A stretch of 36,846 nt of DNA from Byssovorax sp. (lineage in GTDB: Bacteria > Myxococcota_A > Polyangia > Polyangiales > Polyangiaceae), in NCBI GenBank assembly GCA_046351295.1, contig JAXLYT010000035.1, positions 77,452 to 114,297 of the forward strand. Direction: 5' to 3'. Of the stretch, positions 1-7,358 are shown piece after piece; positions within the stretch are counted from its first letter, which is position 1; every line of letters starts with the position of its first letter. The translations under genes and the position numbers were made by a program. Below the pieces are notes generated by a model. It worked only from the letters and a program-made list of their open reading frames with translations. It was not told the DNA's origin and searched no databases.

Positions 1-446
1 AGATCGCCGGTGAACCAGACGAGGCCCTTCTTCGTGCCGATGCGCAGGATCGCCTCGCCCGTCTTGAAGCCCGGAGGATCGTCCCATTTCACGTTGTCGG
101 GGAGCGCCAGGGCGTCGAGCGGCTGAAAGCCGGCGCCGGGGACCTTCTTGTCGAGCGCCTTGACGGCGGCAGGCGGGCAGTAGCTCACGGCGTCGGGGAA
201 GCGAGCGCGCCACGGGCGCTGTCCGAGGTTGTGGAAGGTGTTGTTGGCGACGAGCGCCCGCACCGGACCGAGCTCGGCGAGCGCGTCGTAGTCGCGCGCT
301 TCGAGCCCCGTGGGCGGGCTCACCACCACGAGGCCGTCCTTGCCTCGAAACACGAGCGCCGTGGCCGTGGCGTTCTTGTTGAACGCGTACTCGCGGACGA
401 GCACACCGGCCTCTTCATCGATGACGCTCCAGCCTTCGATCTTCAT
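1..446 (-). CDS. hypothetical protein, 3' end outside window; possibly a metallo-hydrolase-like DUF
   Basis: Reverse-strand ORF with protein-like translation MKIEGWSVIDEEAGVLVREYAFNKNATATALVFRGKDGLVVVSPPTG...; ATG is the reverse complement of 444-446; a GAGAGGG SD-like sequence lies just upstream on the minus strand; strong GC3 bias in this frame. Confidence 0.6.
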   Translation of the reverse strand, partial: MKIEGWSVIDEEAGVLVREYAFNKNATATALVFRGKDGLVVVSPPTGLEARDYDALAELGPVRALVANNTFHNLGQRPWRARFPDAVSYCPPAAVKALDKKVPGAGFQPLDALALPDNVKWDDPPGFKTGEAILRIGTKKGLVWFTGD

Positions 447-535
447 GATGACCCTCTCCGTGTCGTGACCTCGCGATTCCATATCACGAGACCACGAGCC
501 GCGGTGGGGCTGTGGATTCGCGCGAGATCCGCGGG

Positions 536-1591
536 CTATCTCGGGAGATCGGCGGCGGGGAACCAGAACCCGCCGTCGTCCGGCGGCGTGAGCGCGAGGT
601 GCTTCGGGAGCACGTTGGCCCACCCGGCCACCGTCTCGACCAGGTACACCTCGGCCCCGGCCTCGATGACGCCGATCGGGCTCTCCTTGTCGTCCCGGCG
701 CGCGCGGATCGGCTGATCGTGCGCGAGGACCACGATGCGCGGAGGTTTGTCGAGGCCGAGCGTGACGGAGCTCATCAACGTGGAGCTCGTGTCGAGCGCG
801 TCCATCATCTCGCCCTTGCGGAGCGGCGAGAGGTCGCGCAGCGGAGCCCACGCGTCGACGGCGATGTCGGCGCGGAGCTTGACGTGGACGAAGGCGCCGC
901 GGGCCTCGGGGCTCCAGAAGAGGTGGCTCGCCCCCTCGGTGGTCTTCAGCGTGAACACCGGCGCGCCGCCCGGGCTCTCGTGCAGATCGAGGCTCGTCCC
1001 CTTCATGGTGTAGGCGCGCCCGTTCGGGGGAACGTCGAGGACGATCGGCGTGCCCTTGCCGAGGGCAAAGGCGTCGCAGGGGGCCGTGGCGCGGACGGTT
1101 TGCCCCGGCGATCCGAGGATGGTGTGCTCCGCGGTGAGCGTCGCGCCGGCCGCGCCGACGAGGCGCACCGAGGCGGCCGTCGCGATCGAGACCGCGCTGC
1201 CCGCGGCGGGCAGATCGCGCGCGGCGTGGACGGTGAACGCGGAGGCCGCCGCGAAGCCCTCGATGCGGAACGACGCGGCGCCCCCACCGGTGGAGACGCG
1301 GGTCCGCCCGGTGGTGGGATCGGACGGGAAATCGCGGAGCGAGAGGGCGAGATCGGCGCCGGTGAAGAGGGCGATGACCCTGCCGCCGGCGGGCGCGTCG
1401 AAGATCTGCGCGCCCTTGGTGACGGGCTCGGTGCCTCGCACGGAGCACGACGCGGCCGGCGCAGGAGCGGCAGGCGGCGGAGGAGGCGGCACGTCGTCGG
1501 CGCGGGCCGGGCGGCTGCCCGCGGGGGCGGTCGCGATCGTCGCGAGCAGGAAGGCCAGGGAGACGCGGGGGGCGGCAGCTCGAGGGCGCAT
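536..1591 (-). CDS. secreted hypothetical protein with N-terminal signal peptide
   Basis: 351-aa ORF; N-terminus MRPRAAAPRVSLAFLLATIATAPAGSRPARA looks like a Sec signal; the remainder is Ala/Gly/Thr-rich and beta-strand-like; no catalytic motif recognised. Confidence 0.6.
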   Translation of the reverse strand: MRPRAAAPRVSLAFLLATIATAPAGSRPARADDVPPPPPPAAPAPAASCSVRGTEPVTKGAQIFDAPAGGRVIALFTGADLALSLRDFPSDPTTGRTRVSTGGGAASFRIEGFAAASAFTVHAARDLPAAGSAVSIATAASVRLVGAAGATLTAEHTILGSPGQTVRATAPCDAFALGKGTPIVLDVPPNGRAYTMKGTSLDLHESPGGAPVFTLKTTEGASHLFWSPEARGAFVHVKLRADIAVDAWAPLRDLSPLRKGEMMDALDTSSTLMSSVTLGLDKPPRIVVLAHDQPIRARRDDKESPIGVIEAGAEVYLVETVAGWANVLPKHLALTPPDDGGFWFPAADLPR

Positions 1592-1672
1592 GGCAGCTTG
1601 CTCCGGCGAGGGGTGTGCCTCGATCGTAGCGCGCTCCGGGAGGTTGTCAGCGGGCCCCGTTCTCCGGTGCCG

Positions 1673-2134
1673 TCATTCGTCGGGGCACGCCGACAGGCGA
1701 TCGATGAGGGTCATGCAATCGGGGCTGGCGAAGCAGTCGTCGAACGCACCCTTGCACGTCCCGGAGATGGCGCAGCTCGGGCAGCCGGTGTTGGGGTCGC
1801 AGGTGGCCCCCTCCTTGTCACAAGCGTCGGCGTGCGCGGGCGGTGAGCAAGCGACGCTCGCGCCGTTGCACGCGTCGTAACAGGCCGTGCAGTACTGGCA
1901 GTCCGCGAGGACCATCAGGAGCGCGCTGCCGGTGGGGTGGCTCGACCGCTCGCAGGCAATGCAGCTCGCCTGATCGGCGCACGCCGTGGGGCAATCGGCG
2001 CCGGCCGCGCACCCCGCGGGGGTCCCCCCGTCGTCCTCGTCGGTGTCGAGCTCGCCGAGGAGCATGGTGCAGCCGGCGCCGGCGACGATCACCACCTGCG
2101 CGATCGCGGCGCAGAGCAAGCGGGAGATGTTCAT
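1673..2134 (-). CDS. small Cys-rich secreted or lipoprotein-like protein
   Basis: Start MNISRLLCAAIAQVVIVAGAGC resembles a signal or lipobox; ~28 Cys in the mature part (DCQYCTACYDAC..., FDDCFASPDCMTLIDRLSAC); its ATG overlaps the TGA of the upstream gene (ATGA at 2131-2134). Confidence 0.65.
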   Translation of the reverse strand: MNISRLLCAAIAQVVIVAGAGCTMLLGELDTDEDDGGTPAGCAAGADCPTACADQASCIACERSSHPTGSALLMVLADCQYCTACYDACNGASVACSPPAHADACDKEGATCDPNTGCPSCAISGTCKGAFDDCFASPDCMTLIDRLSACPDE

Positions 2135-3108
2135 TGGAACGACCCTTTCACGCCGAGGAAACCGGGCCCCACGAGCGGCGCGATCGTCGCCTCGCGCGGC
2201 GGCGGCGATGGGGCGGTCACGATCAGGATCACGCCCGCCGCGGCGGCGGCGCCGCCGATCACCACGCTGGCGGTCGAGATGGTGCCGAACAGGTGATAGC
2301 TGTCGACCGCGTCCTGCGCCGACTTGGGGCAGATCCCGTTCACGCACTGGTCGGCGATGCTCCCGCGCTGCACCATCGCCGCGATCCCGGTGCCCACGCC
2401 GAGCGCGAGCCCTGCGCTGCCGAGGCCGAGCGTCACGTAGCCGGCGGTCTTCCGCGGGGATCCGCGCGCGGCGGCGCGCGCCGGGGGTGAGGCGCTTGCC
2501 GGCCGGAGCGGTGGCGCCGGCAGATCGGCCGCGGGCGTCTTCAGGACGAGCGGCGCCTGGTAGGTGCCTCCCTCGGCGGCCTCGATGATCACCTCGGCGA
2601 CGGCGCGACCGGCGACCGCGCGGACGACGTGCCGCCCTGGATCCATCGGCCGCTGCACGCTGATCGCCGCGCTGGGCACGGGGTCGCCGTCGAGCGTCAC
2701 GGCGACGTCCGCGGCGCCCTCGATCGTGATCGTCACGCGGGCGATGCGGGGCCTCAGGGCGTCGAGCTCGAGCTTCGCGTCCGCGAGCGCGCGCACGAAG
2801 GCGCGGGGCGGGTTGCGCGGGAGCTCCTCGCGCAGCACGCGCTGGTAGGTCTCCTGGGCGCTGACGAGCTTGCCGAGGCCCACCTGGGCGCGGGCGAGAC
2901 CGAGGAGCAGCGGCGGCGCGTGGAGGAGCGCGTCCGCGCGCCCGAAGCGGTCGGCGGCGGTGGCGAAGTCGGCGCGCTCGAGCGCGTCCTGGCCCTCGTT
3001 GGCGAGCGCGCGGGCCGTGGCGCGATCGGCGTCGGGCACGTCGGCCGAGGCGACGCCCGCGGAGAGCAGGAGGACGAGCAGGCTCGTGAAGATGGGTGCG
3101 GTGCGCAT
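2131..3108 (-). CDS. secreted/membrane protein with TPR-like N-terminal region and C-terminal TM segments
   Basis: MRTAPIFTSLLVLLLSAGVASA signal peptide; helical Ala/Leu-rich repeat region; hydrophobic stretches GYVTLGLGSAGLALGVGTGIAAMV and VVIGGAAAAAGVILIVTA; immediately downstream of the kinase gene. Confidence 0.6.
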   Translation of the reverse strand: MRTAPIFTSLLVLLLSAGVASADVPDADRATARALANEGQDALERADFATAADRFGRADALLHAPPLLLGLARAQVGLGKLVSAQETYQRVLREELPRNPPRAFVRALADAKLELDALRPRIARVTITIEGAADVAVTLDGDPVPSAAISVQRPMDPGRHVVRAVAGRAVAEVIIEAAEGGTYQAPLVLKTPAADLPAPPLRPASASPPARAAARGSPRKTAGYVTLGLGSAGLALGVGTGIAAMVQRGSIADQCVNGICPKSAQDAVDSYHLFGTISTASVVIGGAAAAAGVILIVTAPSPPPREATIAPLVGPGFLGVKGSFQ

Positions 3109-3113
3109 GGCGA

Positions 3114-4475
3114 TCAGATCCCGAAGTCTCGTGGGTGGCGCGGCGCCGGCGGCTTGCTCGGGGCAGAGCCCGTAGCCTTGGTCGCAGGCGCTCTGGCCGG
3201 GTACGCAGGGCGTGCCGAGGGCGCGGCGGATGGAGCGGATGAAGCGAGCGGCGGGGCCGAGGCCGAGGTGGTCGGCGGCGGAGCGGTCGCGCTCGGCGCC
3301 GGGGTGTCGACGCTGGTGGTCGCCGCCGCCGCGGAGAGCGGCTCGGCCGGCGCGGAGGAGATCGCCGCGCGGCTCGACTCCCGGATCATGGCCCCGCTCA
3401 GGCCGGGTGCCGGGCGCGCGACGACGGCCAGCGCGGTAGCGCCTGCGATCAGCGCGGCGCCCGCGATCGCGGCGATGACGGCCCCGGCATGCCCCCTCGG
3501 GCGCGGAGCAGCGCGGGCGGGCAGCACGGCGCCGAGCGGCGTGGACGGTGTCTTCGGGGTGGACACGATGGGATCCAGCGGATCACGCCGGGAGAGCCCG
3601 TTGTCGTGCAGCTCGGCCGCGTCCGGCGCGGAGATGCCGAGCGCGAGGTACAGCGACTCGGCGAGCTCCCGGGCCGTCTGGAAGCGCTGCGCGGGATCGT
3701 GCGCGGTCGCGCGCGCCCACCACGCGTCGAAGCCGGGAGGCACCGGGGCGACGCGCGACGGGACGGGGGGCGGGCCGTTCATGATCATCATCACCAGATC
3801 GCCGAGCCCGTCGCTCTCGAAGGGCAGGCGCCCGGTGAGGCACTGGTACGTGACGACGGCGAGCGCCCAGAGATCGGAGCGGTGGTCCACCGTCCTGTTC
3901 CCCTGCGCCTGCTCCGGGCTCATGTAGTACGGCGTGCCGAGGAGCGCGCCGGTGCGCGTCTGCCCGCCGCCGGACGATGTCGTGGAGCCCTTGGCGATCC
4001 CGAAATCGACGACCTTGGCGAGCTCCTGGTCGTCGTCGCGGACGAGGAAGATGTTCGACGGCTTGATGTCGCGGTGGACGATGCCTGCGGCATGCGCCTT
4101 CGCGAGCGCGCGGGCGACCTGGCCGATGATCGTCGCCGTCTCGCGGGCATCGAGCCTTCCCCGCCGGGCGAGCCGCTCGCCGAGGTCCTCGCCTTCCAGG
4201 TACTCCATGGCGATGTACGGCGTCTCCTGCCAGACGCCGTAGTCGAGGATCTGCACCACGTGGGGGCTGCGGATATGCGCCGCCGCCCGCGCCTCGCGCT
4301 CGAAGCGGCCGCGGAGCTCCGGGGAGCTGGCCGCATGCGCCAGGATGAACTTGATCGCGCAGGGGACATCGAGGCTGAGGTGGCGCGCCAGCCAGACGGC
4401 GCCCATGCCTCCCTTGCCGAGCTCGCGCTCGAGCCGAAAGCGATCGGCGACCACCATGCCAGGCGAGAGCTCCAT
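3114..4475 (-). CDS. Hanks-type Ser/Thr protein kinase with TM helix and Pro/Ala/Ser-rich extracytoplasmic tail
   Basis: Motifs GKGGMGAVWLA (P-loop), AIK (VAIK-like lysine), HRDIKPSNIFL (catalytic loop), DFGIAKG, SPEQ; TM segment AVIAAIAGAALIAGATALAVV; start MELSPGMVV at the reverse complement of 4473-4475 with GGAG about 9 nt upstream. The ORF track's longer N-terminus (to 4733) is probably spurious. Confidence 0.85.
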   Translation of the reverse strand: MELSPGMVVADRFRLERELGKGGMGAVWLARHLSLDVPCAIKFILAHAASSPELRGRFEREARAAAHIRSPHVVQILDYGVWQETPYIAMEYLEGEDLGERLARRGRLDARETATIIGQVARALAKAHAAGIVHRDIKPSNIFLVRDDDQELAKVVDFGIAKGSTTSSGGGQTRTGALLGTPYYMSPEQAQGNRTVDHRSDLWALAVVTYQCLTGRLPFESDGLGDLVMMIMNGPPPVPSRVAPVPPGFDAWWARATAHDPAQRFQTARELAESLYLALGISAPDAAELHDNGLSRRDPLDPIVSTPKTPSTPLGAVLPARAAPRPRGHAGAVIAAIAGAALIAGATALAVVARPAPGLSGAMIRESSRAAISSAPAEPLSAAAATTSVDTPAPSATAPPPTTSASAPPLASSAPSAAPSARPAYPARAPATKATGSAPSKPPAPRHPRDFGI

Positions 4476-4771
4476 GACGCTGCTCCGGACCCTCGAGGCC
4501 GGACAGGCACCCTCCGTGGCTCGGCGGGCGTCCGCGCGGCACTCCCCGAACGTGTGCAGCGGGCGTGCCACGCGTCGATCGGCGTCGAATGCAGGGCTCG
4601 ACGCGCATGCGCCCGCAGACCGTGCAGCGCGATGCAAGCCGAGCGCAAGCGATCCCGACGCATGCACGGACGCTCGAACGGGCGGCGCATACGGCTCGGG
4701 AGCGCGCGGCCCGACGGCGTTCTCTTCGTGCAAAACCGCACCGCCTGCGCCATCCTCGCGAGCACCGATCG
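4476..4771. promoter_or_regulatory. divergent intergenic region between the Ser/Thr kinase operon and the hydrolase gene, with GCATGC-centred palindromes
   Basis: Perfect 10-bp palindrome GCGCATGCGC at about 4608-4617, plus two further CGCATGCA and GATGCAAGC elements within 80 bp. No coding signal in either direction. Confidence 0.3.
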
Positions 4772-6139
4772 GTGATCCCCAACCTCTACCTCGCCCTCTC
4801 CGTGGTCGGCGCGGCGTTCACCTGGAACGCGTTCCGCCCCGTCTTCCGCCCGGCCCCGCTCGCCACGCTGAGCTTCTTCGCCGGCTGGCTCACCTCCGAG
4901 CTCCCCCTGCACCACGTGGTCTGGCAGCTCGTCGTCACGCTCGGCTTCGCCGTCGCCGGGGCCCTCCGTGCGCCGGCCGGCTGGGCGGGGCTCGCGATCT
5001 CCACCTTCTCCTGGCTCGGGCTGGTCCGCCTCTCGCTGCGGGCCCGCGAGGCCGAGGTCGTCATGGAGCGCGCCCTCCGCGAAGGCCTCGGCGACGACTA
5101 CCGCGCCCGCGTCCTCGCCGATCAGTATCCCCGCCTCGCGCCCTCGCTCTCGCGCGCCCAGCTCTTCTTTCCGTTCTTTCCCCGGAGCGCGGGCGTCCGG
5201 GTCGACAAGGACGTGGTCTATCACCAGGCGGGGAAGCTCCGGCTCCGCCTTGATGTCTACCGTCCGGCCGAGCGTCCACGGCGTGCACCGGTGTTGCTCT
5301 TCGTCCACGGCGGCGCCTGGGTCCTCGGCAAGAAGGATCACCACGGCCTCTACCTGATGACGTACCTCGCCGCGCAGGGCTGGGTCTGCTTCGGCGTCGA
5401 CTACCGGCTGAGCCCGCGGGCGACCTTCCCCGACCACCTCGTCGACGTGAAGCGCGCCATCGCGTGGGTCAAGGAGCACGCCGAGGAGTACGGCGCGGAC
5501 CCTGATTTCGTCGTCATCTCCGGCGGTTCGGCGGGCGGTCACCTCTGCTCGCTCGCGGCGCTCACCGCGCGCGATCGCAGCTTCCAGCCGGGCTTCGAGG
5601 ACGCCGACACGAGCGTCTCGGCATGCGTCTCGCTCTACGGCATCTACGATCTGGAAGACCGCGCCCGCGTCTGGCCGCACCGGGGGCTGCGCATGATCCT
5701 CGAGGACTACGTGATGAAGAAGCGCCTCGACGAGGATCCGGAAGCCTTCGCCCGCGCCTCGCCCATCCGGCGGATCGAGCCGGATTCACCGCCCTTCCTC
5801 GTGATCCACGGCGATCTCGACACCATGGTCCCGGTCGACGAGGGGCGGCGCTTCGCCGAGGCGTACCGAGCCGTCGCCGAGGCGCCCCTCTGCTACGCCG
5901 AGATCCCGGGCGCGCAGCATGCGTTCGAGGTCTTCCCCTCGCTGCGGAGCGCGCTCGTCTTCCAGGGGATCGCGCGCTTCGGCGCGTGGGTGCACAGCGC
6001 CTACCTGGAGCAGCAGCGCGCCCCTCGCCTCTCCTCGCCCCGCACGATTGACATAGCGGCCGGTGAGGCGGAAGAGCCCGGCGACGGCGAGGCGCTCAGC
6101 CCCGCGGGCACAGCCGCGCGATCGTCCGCGGCACGTTGA
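4772..6139 (+). CDS. membrane-anchored alpha/beta hydrolase, esterase/lipase fold-3 (HGG family)
   Basis: HGGAW oxyanion motif and GGSAGG nucleophile elbow (GxSxG); 3-4 N-terminal TM helices; possible GTG start at 4772 in frame with the 4565 ORF. The exact start is uncertain. The 3' end overlaps the convergent gene by about 44 nt. Confidence 0.7.
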   Translation: MIPNLYLALSVVGAAFTWNAFRPVFRPAPLATLSFFAGWLTSELPLHHVVWQLVVTLGFAVAGALRAPAGWAGLAISTFSWLGLVRLSLRAREAEVVMERALREGLGDDYRARVLADQYPRLAPSLSRAQLFFPFFPRSAGVRVDKDVVYHQAGKLRLRLDVYRPAERPRRAPVLLFVHGGAWVLGKKDHHGLYLMTYLAAQGWVCFGVDYRLSPRATFPDHLVDVKRAIAWVKEHAEEYGADPDFVVISGGSAGGHLCSLAALTARDRSFQPGFEDADTSVSACVSLYGIYDLEDRARVWPHRGLRMILEDYVMKKRLDEDPEAFARASPIRRIEPDSPPFLVIHGDLDTMVPVDEGRRFAEAYRAVAEAPLCYAEIPGAQHAFEVFPSLRSALVFQGIARFGAWVHSAYLEQQRAPRLSSPRTIDIAAGEAEEPGDGEALSPAGTAARSSAAR

Positions 6140-7358
6140 GCCACACGAGCTGATCGAGGGTGATGACGGGCTTGCCGCTCGTCATCAGGCACACCGAGAT
6201 CTGCCGCTCCGGGTCGGCCCAGCAGAGGATGCTCGTGAAGCCGAGGTGCCCGAAGGCCCGCGTGGACTCGTGGCCGTAGAAGCTCACCCACTTGCTGCCG
6301 AGCATGAAGCCCATCCCGTAGCGCACGGGCAGGCCCAGGGCCGAGTCGACCTGGAGGTGGCTCTGCTCGGCCACCGCGCGCTGCACCGTGCGCCGGTCGA
6401 AGATGCGCACCCCGTCGAGCTCGCCGTTCTCGAGGAGGATCTGGAAGAAGCGGGTGACCTCGCGGGCCGTCGTGATGATGTTGCCGGAGGCGATCACCGC
6501 GGTGAGGAAGCGCGGATCGTTCGACATCGAGACCGCGTTGCGCATGTCCACGCCGAAGGCCCGCTCGAGCACCCAGGAGTAGGGCGGCAGCGTGGGAGGG
6601 CCGGTGAAGGCGGCCTGCGCGACCAGATCGACCTCGTCCGGCGCGACCCCGTAGTTGAAATGGGAGAAGCCGAGCGGAGCTTCGATTTCGCTCTTCAAGA
6701 AGGAGCGGACATCGCGCCCGACGATCCGATCCACCACGGCGCCGAGGATGTAGCCGCCCGTGAGCGCGTGATACGCGATCTCCCGGCCGGGGATGGATAC
6801 GGGCTTGGTGTCGCAGAGCAGCTCGACCACCTTCCAGGGGTCGGACAGGAGATCGAGGTTGATGTGATCGCGCGGGACGTTGGGGATGCCGGCGCGGTGG
6901 GTGAGCAGGTGGCGGATGGTCATCCACTCCTTGCCCTTGCGCCCGAACTCCGGAAGGTACTCGGCCACGGGGTCGTCGAGGTGGAGCTGGCCGCGCTGAT
7001 CGAGCAGGTGGATCAGCATCGCCGTGACGGCCTTGGAGGCCGAGTAGATGTTGTAGAGGGTGCGCGGCGTGGCGAGCACCTTGGGCACGTCGGGCCCGTC
7101 GCCGGGTGCGTTGCCGCGGGCGTGGCCGATGGATCGATCGAGGACGACCTGGCCGCGGCGCCGGACGCAGAGCCCGATCGCCGGGTGGAGGCCCGTCGCG
7201 TAGAGCGCCCGCACCGACTCCCACATGCCCTCGATGGCCGCCCGATCGAGGTCCACGTCGCGCGGGTAGACCTCGGGATCGCGCGTCTCGACCTCCTCCG
7301 CGGGGTAGACGCGCACCTTGGAGGAGAGCGGAGGCAGCGCCGGCAGCGAGAGCTTCAT
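6096..7358 (-). CDS. serine hydrolase, class C beta-lactamase/esterase (EstB-like) family
   Basis: SxxK motif IYSASKAVTAM near the N-terminus; ~420 aa, consistent with the PBP/beta-lactamase transpeptidase fold; its ATG overlaps the upstream TGA (ATGA at 7355-7358). Confidence 0.75.
   Translation of the reverse strand: MKLSLPALPPLSSKVRVYPAEEVETRDPEVYPRDVDLDRAAIEGMWESVRALYATGLHPAIGLCVRRRGQVVLDRSIGHARGNAPGDGPDVPKVLATPRTLYNIYSASKAVTAMLIHLLDQRGQLHLDDPVAEYLPEFGRKGKEWMTIRHLLTHRAGIPNVPRDHINLDLLSDPWKVVELLCDTKPVSIPGREIAYHALTGGYILGAVVDRIVGRDVRSFLKSEIEAPLGFSHFNYGVAPDEVDLVAQAAFTGPPTLPPYSWVLERAFGVDMRNAVSMSNDPRFLTAVIASGNIITTAREVTRFFQILLENGELDGVRIFDRRTVQRAVAEQSHLQVDSALGLPVRYGMGFMLGSKWVSFYGHESTRAFGHLGFTSILCWADPERQISVCLMTSGKPVITLDQLVWLNVPRTIARLCPRG

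Noticed and set aside
231-1846. + strand ORFs 231-716, 512-1846 and 1050-1880
   Set aside because: Translations are low-complexity. The minus strand in the same place encodes coherent proteins with signal peptides and RBS-like sequences.
3583-5680. Minus-strand ORFs 3583-4782 and 3920-5680, and the + ORF at 3489-4775, overlapping the kinase and esterase genes
   Set aside because: Alternative-frame artefacts. The kinase frame has canonical Hanks motifs and the esterase frame has HGG and GxSxG.
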